64,000 nt of DNA from an uncultured Clostridia bacterium (GTDB lineage Bacteria > Bacillota > Clostridia > Christensenellales > UBA1750): assembly GCA_944383925.1 (NCBI GenBank), contig CALWRM010000138.1:623-64622 (forward strand), read 5' to 3'. Positions 17,147 to 26,753 of the stretch are shown in pieces. The notes under the pieces were generated by a model, which was given only the letters and a program-made list of their open reading frames with translations, ran no database searches and was not told where the DNA came from. The translations under genes and the position numbers were made by a program. Each line of letters opens with the position of its first letter. Positions within the stretch are counted from its first letter, which is position 1.

Positions 17147-17247
17147 CTTCTAGAAATCAACGAACGATTATTTGGAATGGTTTTAAAATGTTCGCATATT
17201 CTATACGTCTAAACGCCTGAGCTGCCGCGTATATAGAAAGGGAAACC

Positions 17248-18003
17248 ATGCAGAAAGGGAAGGGACGCGGCATGGAGGAGATGAGAAAAATCAAGGCCGT
17301 AACGGGGCTGTTATTGGGCTGTATTTTGTTTCTGGCCCTCTATTCCCTTTGGGATGTGCAGGCCATGAGTCCGCAGCTGCAGGTTCTGCCCCTGTACGGA
17401 AAGGTGATCGGTGTGGACCCGGGCCACGGGGGATATGACGGCGGCTGCGTGAGCGTGACGGGCGTGGCGGAAAAGGAATATAACCTGGCTGTGGCCCTGC
17501 TGGTGGGGGAAGAGATCCGCGCCCTGGGCGGCACGCCCGTCTTTACCCGGGAGACGGACAAGGCCTTGATCGACCCGAAAAAGACCACCGGATACAAGAA
17601 GCGCAAGGAACTGGATAACCGCATCGCCCTGTTGCAAGAAGCCCATGTGGACGCCCTGGTGAGCATCCACATGAACAACTACACAGTCTCCAAATACAGG
17701 GGCGCGCAACTGTTTTACCGGGCCGACAGCGCCGAAGGAGAGCAGCTGGCCCTCTGCCTTCAGGAGGCCCTGGCCGGCCTGGAGGAGGCGCATCTGCGCG
17801 AGCCCTCCTGCGGGGATTACTACATTTTAAATGCCTGTGATGCCGCCCTGCTGGTGGAATGCGGCTTTCTCTCCAATCCGGAGGAGGAGAAGCTGCTCTC
17901 CTCGCCGGACTACCGGCAGCGCCTGGCAGAGGCTGTGGCGAGCGGCTTGGCGGCCTATTTTGCACCGCAACCGGCGCAGGAGGCCGCTGGGGGAGAGAAA
18001 TGA
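17248..18003 (+). CDS. cwlD: N-acetylmuramoyl-L-alanine amidase CwlD (germination-specific)
   Basis: An N-terminal TM anchor is followed by an Amidase_3 domain (VIGVDPGHGGYDGG..EKEYNL..LVSIHMNN). The start could instead be the ATG at 17272. Confidence 0.85.
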   Translation: MQKGKGRGMEEMRKIKAVTGLLLGCILFLALYSLWDVQAMSPQLQVLPLYGKVIGVDPGHGGYDGGCVSVTGVAEKEYNLAVALLVGEEIRALGGTPVFTRETDKALIDPKKTTGYKKRKELDNRIALLQEAHVDALVSIHMNNYTVSKYRGAQLFYRADSAEGEQLALCLQEALAGLEEAHLREPSCGDYYILNACDAALLVECGFLSNPEEEKLLSSPDYRQRLAEAVASGLAAYFAPQPAQEAAGGEK

Positions 18004-18088
18004 ACCCACTATAGTGTAAAGGACTTGTTAAAGACGGCTCGCTGTGGTATACTTGCCCTACCCGGAAGGGAACCACAGGATGGGGGGT

Positions 18089-19582
18089 ATGACCATGGAA
18101 CGGGCTGTGCACATGATGGCCTTTGATCTGGGCGCTTCCTCGGGACGGGCAATTCTGGGCACGCTGGAGGGGGGCAGGCTGCGCCTGCGGGAACTGCACC
18201 GCTTTTCCAACGATCCGGTGGAGCTGGTTGGCCGCCTGTATTGGGACCTGCCCAGGCTGGTCTACGAGATGAAGCAGGGGCTCAACAAGGCGGCGCTGGA
18301 GGGCCTGGAGCCGGGCTCCATCGGCATCGACACCTGGGGCGTGGACTACGGCCTGTTGGACAAGGCGGGCCATCTCATGGGCAACCCCGTGCACTATCGC
18401 GACGCCCGCACCGACAAGGTGATGGAGGCCGCCTTTGAGCTGGTGCCCAGGGAGGAGCTGTACCGGCGCACGGGCCTGGCCTTCCTTCCGCTCAACACCA
18501 TCTATCAGCTATACAGCGAGGTTCGGGAGATGGACCCGCTGCTGACCCATGCGCGCAAGCTGCTCTTCATGCCGGACCTGTTGGCGTATCTGCTCACCGG
18601 CACGCTGGGCTGCGAATACACCATCGCCTCCACCTCGCAGCTGCTCAGCCCCTATACCCGTACCTGGGACATGGAGCTGATTGAAAAGCTGGGCATCCCC
18701 AAGCGCATTTTCCTGCCGGTGACGGAGCCCGGCAGCGTGCGCGGCATGCTGGATGCGCGCATCGCCCGGGAGACGGGCGTCGGCGTGATTCCCGTGGTGG
18801 CCGTCGGCGGACACGACACGGCCAGCGCCGTGGCGGCCGTTCCGGCGGAGGGGAAGGACTTTGGCTACATTTCCTCCGGCACCTGGTCCCTGGTGGGCGT
18901 GGAGAGCGACGGCCCGGTGATCAGCCCGGAAGCCGTGGCCGCCAACCTGACCAACGAGGGCGGCGTGGAGGGCAACATCCGCGTGCTCAAGAACGTGATG
19001 GGGCTTTGGATCATCCAGGAATGCCGGCGGGAGTGGGAGCGGCGCGGACGCATGCTCTCCTTCCAGCAGATCGTGGAGGAGGCGCAGAAGGCGGAGCCCT
19101 TCTTCGCCCTGATCGATCCCAACGACGAGATGTTCACCCCGCCGGGGGACATGCCCTCCCGCGTGCAGGCCTTCTGCGTCAGGAGCGGCCAGCCCGTGCC
19201 CCAGAGCGTGGGCCAGATTGCCAGGGTGATCTACGAGTCCCTGGCGCTGAAATACCGCTGGACCGTGGAAAGGCTGCGCAAGGTCACCGGAAATCCCATC
19301 CGCACGCTGCATGTGGTGGGCGGCGGGGCCAACAACGCCCTGCTCAACCGCTTCACAGCAGACGCCCTGGGCATCCCCGTGCTGGCGGGGCCCTCGGAGG
19401 CCACGGCCATCGGCAACCTGTTGATGCAGCTCAAGGCCCTTGGGATCATCGGCAGCGTGGAGGAGGGCAGGGCGCTGGTGCGCGCGTCCTTCTCGGTGGA
19501 GACCGTCGAGCCAAGGCTTGCGGACAAGCCCGCCTGGGACGAGGCCTATGTGCGCTTTGTGGAGGAAATCTCCGTAGAATAA
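18089..19582 (+). CDS. FGGY-family sugar kinase, rhamnulokinase-like
   Basis: The AFDLGASSGRAILG..LRELHRFSN N-terminus is as in RhaB, and the rest is FGGY N- and C-domains. No rhaA or rhaD is adjacent. Confidence 0.8.
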   Translation: MTMERAVHMMAFDLGASSGRAILGTLEGGRLRLRELHRFSNDPVELVGRLYWDLPRLVYEMKQGLNKAALEGLEPGSIGIDTWGVDYGLLDKAGHLMGNPVHYRDARTDKVMEAAFELVPREELYRRTGLAFLPLNTIYQLYSEVREMDPLLTHARKLLFMPDLLAYLLTGTLGCEYTIASTSQLLSPYTRTWDMELIEKLGIPKRIFLPVTEPGSVRGMLDARIARETGVGVIPVVAVGGHDTASAVAAVPAEGKDFGYISSGTWSLVGVESDGPVISPEAVAANLTNEGGVEGNIRVLKNVMGLWIIQECRREWERRGRMLSFQQIVEEAQKAEPFFALIDPNDEMFTPPGDMPSRVQAFCVRSGQPVPQSVGQIARVIYESLALKYRWTVERLRKVTGNPIRTLHVVGGGANNALLNRFTADALGIPVLAGPSEATAIGNLLMQLKALGIIGSVEEGRALVRASFSVETVEPRLADKPAWDEAYVRFVEEISVE

Positions 19583-19592
19583 CCGTCCAAAC

Positions 19593-19634
19593 AAAAAGGG
19601 GCTGTCCCGCGCATCGCGGGACAGCCCCTTTTTT
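19593..19634. terminator. Bidirectional terminator between the kinase gene and deoB
   Basis: The hairpin ggggctgtcccgc-gcatc-gcgggacagcccc is flanked by an A-run and a T-run. Confidence 0.85.
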
Positions 19635-19641
19635 GTCGGCG

Positions 19642-20760
19642 TTAGTTGCTGGAGAGCCAAGCATCGACGGCACTGGCCGCCCCGTGCAGGCCCAGCCGGT
19701 CGCCCAAGGGTCTGGGCGCCAGGGTCCGGCTCCACAGCAGCAGCGGAACCCATTCGCGGGTGTGGTCCGTGCCCGCGTGGCAGGGGTCGCAGCCGTGGTC
19801 GCCGGTGAGGAGCAGCAGGTCCTCCGGCCCCAGGCGCTCTAGCAGGCCGGGCAGGAAGGCGTCAAAGGCCTCCAACGCCAGGCTGTACCCGGCGGCGTCG
19901 CGCCTGTGGCCGTAAAGCATGTCGAAGTCCACCAGGTTTGCCAGGCATAGGCCGTGAAAGGACCGCTGGGCCAGGGCGAGCAGGCGCTCCATGCCCTCCT
20001 GGTTGGAATGCGTCGGATGGCTTTCGCATAGCCCCCGGCCGGCAAAGATGTCGGAGATCTTGCCGACGCCCAGCACGTCCAGGCCGCGCTCGCACAGCTC
20101 GTCCAGCAGGGTGGGCTTGGGGGGCTCCAGGGAAAAATCCCGCCGGTCGGCCGTGCGCACAAAGGCGCCTGGCTCGCCGGAAAAGGGACGGGCGATCACC
20201 CGGCCGACCCCATAGGGTCCCTGGCAAAGGCCGCGGACCTGGCGGCAGAGCCGGTACAGCTTCTCCGGCGGGAAAAGGGAGACATGGGCGGCCAGCTGCA
20301 ACACGCTGTCGGCGGAGGTGTAGAGAATGGGCCGGCCGGTGCGCAGGTGCTCCGCGCCCAGATCCTCCAGGATGGCCGTTCCGGAGGCGGGCCTGTTGCC
20401 CAAAAAGCGCAGGCCCGTTTCCCGCTCCAGGAGGCGGCAAAGCTCCGAAGGGAAGCCGTCTGGAAAGGTGGGGAAGGGTTTATCCAGCACGAGGCCCAGC
20501 AGCTCCCAATGGCCGGTGGTGGTGTCCTTGCCGGCGGAGAGTTCCCGCAGCCGTCCGTATTGGGCCTGCGGCTTGGGCACGCCGCCGACAAGGCCGGGCA
20601 GATTGCACAGCCCCAGGGCGCGCAGGTTGGGCAGGGAGGGGGCGCAGCGCTGCCATACATGCAGCAGGGTGTTGGCGCCCTCGTCCCCATAGGCGGACGC
20701 ATCCGGCAGGGCGCCTACGCCCAGGGAGTCTAGGACGATCATAAAAACACGCTTTGCCAT
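19642..20760 (-). CDS. deoB: Phosphopentomutase
   Basis: The MAKRVFMIVLDSLGVGALPDA N-terminus is characteristic, and the length is typical. The ATG is at 20760. Confidence 0.92.
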   Translation of the reverse strand: MAKRVFMIVLDSLGVGALPDASAYGDEGANTLLHVWQRCAPSLPNLRALGLCNLPGLVGGVPKPQAQYGRLRELSAGKDTTTGHWELLGLVLDKPFPTFPDGFPSELCRLLERETGLRFLGNRPASGTAILEDLGAEHLRTGRPILYTSADSVLQLAAHVSLFPPEKLYRLCRQVRGLCQGPYGVGRVIARPFSGEPGAFVRTADRRDFSLEPPKPTLLDELCERGLDVLGVGKISDIFAGRGLCESHPTHSNQEGMERLLALAQRSFHGLCLANLVDFDMLYGHRRDAAGYSLALEAFDAFLPGLLERLGPEDLLLLTGDHGCDPCHAGTDHTREWVPLLLWSRTLAPRPLGDRLGLHGAASAVDAWLSSN

Positions 20761-20810
20761 GGAAAGGCAACTCCTTTGGTGGGGGAGGGAGAGGTTTTGG
20801 GAAGCCGTCC

Positions 20811-21338
20811 TTATAGGACGAGCAGCAGGGCGAGCCACTCCAGCGGCAAGGCGCACAGGGCGGGGATGGTCCAGCAGCCGATGGCGATCACATAGCTACG
20901 CCTATCCAGCGGCCGGTGCTTGCAGGCGTGGGCCAGCCCCACGCAGCAGGCGCCGGACAGGGAAACGAGCACCACGATCCCCTGGGGGAGCAGCAGAAAC
21001 AGAAAGGTCAAAAAGCCGGCAAAGCCCAGAGAGCACAGCCACCAGCCCCAGGCGAAGCCGATGGCGTAGGCGCGAACGCACAGCACGCACAGCGCCACCG
21101 GCGTGCCGAGAAAGTGCACCATGCACAGCAACAGCAGGGCGAAGCACCACAGCTCCCGCAGCAGGCCGCGCAGGGCGACCCAGAAGCAAAACTCGCCGAA
21201 CACGGCCTCCAGCTCTTCGAGCCCAAAGGCTTGGGACAAGCCGCAGGAAACGAACACCAGCACCAGGAAGGCGGTGGCGACATGCCACCAGATGTATTCC
21301 TGTAGCTGGCAGCGCCACAGGGTCAAAAGCCTTCGCAT
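20811..21338 (-). CDS. Integral membrane protein (about 5 TM), function unknown
   Basis: A 175 aa, strongly hydrophobic, Cys/Trp-rich product in an operon position upstream of deoB. A SpoIIM/DUF95-like identity is possible but not established. Confidence 0.55.
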   Translation of the reverse strand: MRRLLTLWRCQLQEYIWWHVATAFLVLVFVSCGLSQAFGLEELEAVFGEFCFWVALRGLLRELWCFALLLLCMVHFLGTPVALCVLCVRAYAIGFAWGWWLCSLGFAGFLTFLFLLLPQGIVVLVSLSGACCVGLAHACKHRPLDRRSYVIAIGCWTIPALCALPLEWLALLLVL

Positions 21339-21395
21339 ACCTCTCCCCCCTTGGCAGATGTGTATGCGAAGGCCGGCTTTCCTATGCGAGCGCCC

Positions 21396-21869
21396 CTAGA
21401 GACGAAATAGGCGCTTGAGCAGGCGCTCGATGCGCCGGTTGATGCGCGTGCCGCCGAACTCGCGGCTGGTATCCAGCGGGTCCACCAATACCCGCCTGGC
21501 CCCACAGAGGAAGGCGGCGGGCATGTCGGTGAGCAGCTGGTCGCCCACCATGGCGCAGCGCCGCGGCGAAAGGCCAAGGGCCCTGGCGGCGCGCAGCAGG
21601 CCAAAGGGCAGGGGCTTGCCGCAGCGGGGCATGAAGGGGATATCCAGGGCCTTAGAGAGCGGTTGCAGCCGTTCCGCGCCGGCGTTGGAAACGATGATGA
21701 GGGAGAAACCGGCCTGCTTGGCCTCCCACACAAGGCGCAGGGCGCCCTGGCTGGGCGCGGGGTCCTGCCATAGACCCAGGGTGTTGTCCGCGTCCAACAA
21801 GAGCGCCCGCACGCCGTCCGCCTTTAGGCGGTCCAGGTCGATCTCCTCCAGGCGGGCGAACCTATCCAT
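21396..21869 (-). CDS. YqeG-family HAD-IIIA phosphatase
   Basis: LLLDADNTL (DxDxT), SNAG and GDQLLTD motifs; 157 aa. Confidence 0.85.
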   Translation of the reverse strand: MDRFARLEEIDLDRLKADGVRALLLDADNTLGLWQDPAPSQGALRLVWEAKQAGFSLIIVSNAGAERLQPLSKALDIPFMPRCGKPLPFGLLRAARALGLSPRRCAMVGDQLLTDMPAAFLCGARRVLVDPLDTSREFGGTRINRRIERLLKRLFRL

Positions 21870-22875
21870 GGTAGCCCTTGGGGTTGAGCTGTTGCCAGCG
21901 CCAGGCGTCGCGCATCATGTCGTCCAGGCCCTTTTCCGCCTTCCAGCCCAGCAGGCGCCGCGCCTTTTCTGTGGAGGCCCAGCACTCGTCCACGTCGCCG
22001 GGACGGCGGGGGCCGATGGAGTAGGGCACATCCACCTGGTTGACGCGCATGAAGCTGTTGACGATTTCCAGCACCGAATAGGGCACGCCCGTACCCAGGT
22101 TGATGGCCTCGCAGCCCGTGTGGCTATCGCAGTAGCGTATGGCGTCCACATGGCCCTTGGCTAGATCGCAGACGTGGATGTAGTCCCTGCGGCAGGTGCC
22201 GTCGGGGGTGTTGTAGTCGTTGCCGTAGATGACCAGCTTGGGCAGCTCGCCGATGGCCACCTTGGTGACGAAGGGGATCAGGTTGTTGGGGATGCCCAGG
22301 GGGTCCTCGCCGATGCGGCCGGAGGGGTGGGCGCCCACGGGGTTGAAATAGCGCAGGAGCACCACGGAAAGGGCCTGGTTGGCAAAGGCCGCGTCGCGGA
22401 GGATCTGCTCGATCATGAACTTCGTCCAACCGTAGGGGGAATAGCACCAGGTCTTCAGGCTCTCGTCCAGGGGCATGGTGTCCGCGCGGCCGTACACGGT
22501 GGCGGAGGAGGAAAAGACGAGGTTGCGCACGTCGAATTGCGCCATGAGCTCCAGCAAGTTGATGGTGGAGATGAGGTTGTTGTCGTAGTAGTCCAAGGGC
22601 TTGGACACGGACTCTCCCACCGCCTTGAGCCCGGCGAAATGCACGCAGGCATCGATCTTGTTTTCCTCAAACACGCGCCGCAGCGCCTGCTTATCGCGCA
22701 GGTCCAGGCGGTATTCCTTCACGTCCCTTCCGGAAAGCTCGCGCACGCGCCGTAGCGCCTCCGGCGAGGCGTTGCAATAGTTGTCCACGCTGATAACGTC
22801 GTATCCCTGCTTGAGCAGTTCCAGGCAGGTGTGAGAACCGATGTAGCCGGCGCCTCCCGTCAAAAGAACAACCAT
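21862..22875 (-). CDS. galE: UDP-glucose 4-epimerase
   Basis: A GGAGYIGSH Rossmann motif and a YGWTK catalytic YxxxK; 337 aa. Confidence 0.93.
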   Translation of the reverse strand: MVVLLTGGAGYIGSHTCLELLKQGYDVISVDNYCNASPEALRRVRELSGRDVKEYRLDLRDKQALRRVFEENKIDACVHFAGLKAVGESVSKPLDYYDNNLISTINLLELMAQFDVRNLVFSSSATVYGRADTMPLDESLKTWCYSPYGWTKFMIEQILRDAAFANQALSVVLLRYFNPVGAHPSGRIGEDPLGIPNNLIPFVTKVAIGELPKLVIYGNDYNTPDGTCRRDYIHVCDLAKGHVDAIRYCDSHTGCEAINLGTGVPYSVLEIVNSFMRVNQVDVPYSIGPRRPGDVDECWASTEKARRLLGWKAEKGLDDMMRDAWRWQQLNPKGYHG

Positions 22876-22878
22876 AGC

Positions 22879-23847
22879 CTACTCCTCCTTATCCGCAGCT
22901 TGGCGGTTGATGTATTGTTCGATCAGGAAGCGAGGCCGCGCCTTGACTTCCTGATAGGTCTTTCCGATGTATTCGCCGATGATGCCGAGGCAAAGCATCT
23001 GCAGGCCGCCAAAGAGGCAGATCGTGGCGATGAGCGACGTCCAACCGGTGACGGTGAAGCCGAAGAGCTTGACGCACAGCAGCGCCAGTAGCGCCAGCAC
23101 GGAGGCGGCGAAGATGAGCAGCCCAAGGATGCAGATGAAGCGGATGGGCTTGACGGAAAAGGAGGTGATGCCGTCGAAGGCGAAGGCCAGCATCTTCTTG
23201 AGCGGGTACTTGGACTGGCCTGCGAAGCGCTCGTGGCGCTCATAGTAGACCTGGGAGCTTTTGTAGCCGATCAAGGGAACGATGCCCCGCAAGAAGAGGT
23301 TGACCTCCTTGTACTGGGAAAGGCCCTCCAGGGCGCGGCGGCTCATCAGGCGGTAATCGGCGTGGTTGAAGACGATGTCCACGCCCATGAGCTTCATGAA
23401 CTTATAAAAGCCCTCGGCGGTCAGCCGCTTGAAGGCGGTGTCCGTGTCCCGCTTGGAGCGCACGCCATAGACCACGTCGGCGCCCTTGTCGTGCTCGTCC
23501 AGGAAGCGATCGATGGCCTCCACGTCGTCCTGCAGGTCCGCATCCAGGGAAATAACGCAGTCCGCCTTCTCCTTGGCGGTCATCAGCCCCGCCAGCAGGG
23601 CGTTTTGGTGGCCGCGGTTGCGGGAGAGCTTCAGCCCGGCAAAGAGCGGATCGTTGTCGGAGAGGCCGTAGATAATGGCCCAGGTATCGTCCCTGGAGCC
23701 GTCGTCTACCAGAAGCACGCGGCTTTCCGGGGTGATGCGGCCTTGGGCGAGCAAGGCCTCCATCTTTTGCTTGAGACGCCGGCTCGTTTCGGGCAAGACC
23801 TCCTGCTCGTTGTAGCAGGGAACAACCAGGTACAGCGTATGCGCCAT
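22879..23847 (-). CDS. Family-2 glycosyltransferase, polyprenol-phosphate sugar transferase (GtrB/DPM1-like)
   Basis: DDGSRD and DADLQD motifs plus two C-terminal TM helices. Confidence 0.88.
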   Translation of the reverse strand: MAHTLYLVVPCYNEQEVLPETSRRLKQKMEALLAQGRITPESRVLLVDDGSRDDTWAIIYGLSDNDPLFAGLKLSRNRGHQNALLAGLMTAKEKADCVISLDADLQDDVEAIDRFLDEHDKGADVVYGVRSKRDTDTAFKRLTAEGFYKFMKLMGVDIVFNHADYRLMSRRALEGLSQYKEVNLFLRGIVPLIGYKSSQVYYERHERFAGQSKYPLKKMLAFAFDGITSFSVKPIRFICILGLLIFAASVLALLALLCVKLFGFTVTGWTSLIATICLFGGLQMLCLGIIGEYIGKTYQEVKARPRFLIEQYINRQAADKEE

Positions 23848-24068
23848 GCGGAAGCCTCCTTTTGCTCCGAAATCATGCCTGTTTCATCGCCCTTTGGTTC
23901 CTAAGGCCATGATAACACAGACAAAAAAGTTTTTCAATTTTTTGTGTGAGCACTGTTTCACTCCAGCGATTCTGGTGTATTATAGAACCAAGCAGGCCGG
24001 GCAACAACGCCCGGCGCCAAGCGAGTATGGAAGTTCAAAAGAAACCTATTTGAAGGAGGATACAAAAG

Positions 24069-24611
24069 ATGAAGTGGATCTGCTCTATCTGCGGTTACGT
24101 TCATGAAGGCGATACCCCCCCGGAAAAGTGTCCCCAGTGCAAGGCCCCCGCATCCAAGTTTGTGAAGGCCACCGGCGAGCTGTCCTGGGCGGACGAGCAT
24201 CGCGTCGGCGTTGCGAAGGACCTGGATCCCGAAGTGGTGCAGGGCCTGCGCGAGAACTTCGCGGGCGAGTGCTCCGAGGTGGGCATGTACCTGGCCATGA
24301 GCCGCCAGGCGGACCGCGAGGGCTTCCCCGAGGTGGCCGAGGCCTACAAGCGCATCGCCTTTGAGGAGGCGGAGCATGCCGCCAAGTTCGCCGAGCTGCT
24401 GGGCGAGGTGGTCTATGCCGACACCAAGAAGAACCTGGAGTTGCGCGTGGAGGCAGAGAACGGCGCCACCGCCGGCAAGCTGGCCCTGGCCAAGCGCGCC
24501 AAGGAGCTGGGTTATGACGCCGTACACGACACCGTGCACGAGATGTGCAAGGACGAGGCCCGCCATGGCTGCGCCTTCAACGGCCTGCTCAAGCGTTACT
24601 TCGGAAAATAA
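24069..24611 (+). CDS. Reverse rubrerythrin (N-terminal rubredoxin-like, C-terminal ferritin-like diiron domain)
   Basis: CSICGY..CPQC at the N-terminus, followed by ExxH diiron ligands (EEAEHA, KDEARHG). Confidence 0.9.
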   Translation: MKWICSICGYVHEGDTPPEKCPQCKAPASKFVKATGELSWADEHRVGVAKDLDPEVVQGLRENFAGECSEVGMYLAMSRQADREGFPEVAEAYKRIAFEEAEHAAKFAELLGEVVYADTKKNLELRVEAENGATAGKLALAKRAKELGYDAVHDTVHEMCKDEARHGCAFNGLLKRYFGK

Positions 24612-24669
24612 GGAAAAAGGTCAACAAGGGGGGCGCAAGCCCCCCTATGTTTCGTGACAGAGGAGGGAA

Positions 24670-24873
24670 ATGTCGAACATGGAAAACTACATTCTCTGCA
24701 ACTGTAAGAACGTATCCTATTTTGACGTTGAGGACGCTCTGCATGCGGCCAAATCCCTGGACGACGTGGAGAAGGCCTTCGCGGATGTACAGGAGATCAC
24801 CCATTGCTCCACCGGCTGTGGCGGTTGCCATGATAAGATCATGGACGCCATTTCCGAGATCATGCACCGCTGA
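24670..24873 (+). CDS. BFD-like [2Fe-2S]-binding small protein
   Basis: A 67 aa product with the CNC...CSTGCGGC cysteine pattern of bacterioferritin-associated ferredoxin domains. Confidence 0.8.
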   Translation: MSNMENYILCNCKNVSYFDVEDALHAAKSLDDVEKAFADVQEITHCSTGCGGCHDKIMDAISEIMHR

Positions 24874-24886
24874 CCCAAGCGCGAAA

Positions 24887-24920
24887 GCCCCCCGCCCAAC
24901 GATCGGAGCGGGGGGTTTTC
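24887..24920 (+). terminator. Intrinsic terminator after the BFD gene
   Basis: gccccccgc..gcgggggg hairpin followed by TTTT. Confidence 0.7.
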
Positions 24921-25047
24921 CTTTGGCTGGGGAGGATGCGCCCTGCCTCGCTCCTTGGGCGTCCCCCACGCCGGATTGCTTTTTATCCGCGAATATGCTA
25001 CACTTTTTTTCAACATTAAATATCGAGGCAAGGAAGTTGGACGTGGT

Positions 25048-26451
25048 ATGAGAAGAGCGGCTTTGATGGGAAGGGGCAGGGTGGATCTAACCCAGGGACC
25101 GGTGTTCAGCAACCTATTGACGTTTTCCATCCCCATCTTGTTGGGGACCATTGTAACCCAGCTGTACAACGTGACGGATTCGGTCATCGTCGGTCAGTTC
25201 GTGGGCGCGGACGCCCTGGCGGCGGTTTCTGCCAGCTCGCCGGTGATGAGCCTCATCAACATGTTCATGATCGGCCTTTCCACAGGTTCCACCGTGGTCA
25301 TCGCCCAGCGGGTGGGCGCCAAGAACGTGCAGGCCCTGCAGAAGGCCATCGGCACCATCGCCTGCCTGACGCTGCTCTGCTCCCTCTTCATCACCGTGGT
25401 CGGGCTGCTGGTCAGCAAGCCCTTGCTGGTGGCGCTGGGCACGCCCGAGGCCATCTTCAGCGATTCCTTGGCCTATCTGATCGTCATCTATCTGGGAACC
25501 ACGGGCAACATGATCTACCAGATGGGCAGCGGCGCCCTGCGGGGCATGGGAGATTCCAGCTGGCCCTTCCTCTTCCTGCTGCTGTGCAGCGGGCTGAACG
25601 TGGTGCTGGACCTCATCGCCGTGCTGGTGCTGCACATGGGGGTCATGGGCGTGGCCATCGCCACGGCCATTTCCCAGCTGGTGTCCGGCATCGGCATCAT
25701 CCGCCGCATCAATGCCGGGGAATACGGCGTGCGCCTTTCCCTGCCCATGCTGCGGATGGACGCCAGGGAGACCCGCCAGGTGGTGGGCATCGGCCTGCCG
25801 GCTGCCATCCAGAACATCGGCAACGCCATTTCCTCGCTGTGCGTGCAGTCCTCGGTCAACGTGTTCGGCGCCCAGGTGATCGCGGCCAACAGCATCGTCA
25901 CCAAGGTGGACGACATGATCAACATCCCCGTGGTGGCCCTGAGCACGGCCCTTTGCACCTTCGTGGGGCAGAACATGGGAACCCTCAACCTGGACCGCAT
26001 CAAAAAGGGCATCAACGGCAGCATCGCCTGTCTTTGCGGGCTGGGCGTCGGGCTTTGCGCCCTGCTCATCGCCCTAAGAAACGTGTTGCCCCTGCTCTTT
26101 ACCTCCGATCCGACGGTGGTCGCCTGCGCCGCGGACGGGTTGTTCATCATGTCCTTCATGTGCCTGTTCCATGGCAGCGATCGCTGCCTCGTCAACGCCA
26201 TGCGCGGGGCAGGCAAGTCCGTGGTGCCCATGATCACCGCCCAGTTTGGCGCCCTTTCCAGAATCCCGCTGGCCTATTATCTGGCGGTCAAGACCGGACA
26301 TTACCAGGGCCTGTTTTATGCCCTGCTCATCGCTTCCTTCCTACGGGCGATGGCCATCGCCGTGTATTATTACATGGGCGGCTGGAAGCATGCTGTGGAG
26401 AAGTTTAAGCAGCGCCAGAAGGAGGAACAGGCCGAGGCGGAGCTTGCCTAG
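25048..26451 (+). CDS. MATE-family efflux transporter
   Basis: A 12-TM protein with the typical MATE N-terminus (LTQGPVFSNLLTFSIPILLGTIVTQLYNVTDSVIVG). The ATG is at 25048. Confidence 0.9.
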   Translation: MRRAALMGRGRVDLTQGPVFSNLLTFSIPILLGTIVTQLYNVTDSVIVGQFVGADALAAVSASSPVMSLINMFMIGLSTGSTVVIAQRVGAKNVQALQKAIGTIACLTLLCSLFITVVGLLVSKPLLVALGTPEAIFSDSLAYLIVIYLGTTGNMIYQMGSGALRGMGDSSWPFLFLLLCSGLNVVLDLIAVLVLHMGVMGVAIATAISQLVSGIGIIRRINAGEYGVRLSLPMLRMDARETRQVVGIGLPAAIQNIGNAISSLCVQSSVNVFGAQVIAANSIVTKVDDMINIPVVALSTALCTFVGQNMGTLNLDRIKKGINGSIACLCGLGVGLCALLIALRNVLPLLFTSDPTVVACAADGLFIMSFMCLFHGSDRCLVNAMRGAGKSVVPMITAQFGALSRIPLAYYLAVKTGHYQGLFYALLIASFLRAMAIAVYYYMGGWKHAVEKFKQRQKEEQAEAELA

Positions 26452-26493
26452 GCTGCGTTTTTTGGCAGGCGCTCGTTCCGATTTGCTGATTTT

Positions 26494-26534
26494 GGGCCCT
26501 TTCCGCAAGAGAAAGCGGAAAGGGCCCTGTTTTG
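26494..26534 (+). terminator. Intrinsic terminator after the MATE gene
   Basis: gggccctttccgc-aagagaaa-gcggaaagggccc followed by tgtttt. Confidence 0.8.
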
Positions 26535-26723
26535 CCTTTGGCAGCGGCAGGCGCGATCCCTGGACGCGGGCGCGCGGGCGCCCTTTCGCCGGGAAACGCC
26601 TCTTCCCGGCCGTCGGCCCTGCGCGGATCAGGAGGAGCCTTTGGCTTTCCATGGAAAAAGAATCCAAAGCGGGGCGCGCGCGGGCTTGAACGCCCCGGCG
26701 CCTTCCATGAAAAAAGTTCTCAA

Positions 26724-26753
26724 GAATAGGCTTTGCTCCAGCTCCACATCTTA
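26724..26753 (+). promoter_or_regulatory. Forespore sigma-F/G-type promoter candidate for spoIVB
   Basis: GAATA, 18 nt, CATCTTA fits the GhATr-N17/18-CATxxTA pattern. It lies about 30 nt upstream of the proposed GTG start. Confidence 0.45.

Noticed and set aside
16897-17160. An 87-aa minus-strand ORF spanning the DnaA-box cluster.
   Set aside because: It has a Pro/Ser-rich translation, no RBS, and lies entirely in a promoter-rich AT-rich spacer. The repeated boxes explain the sequence better.
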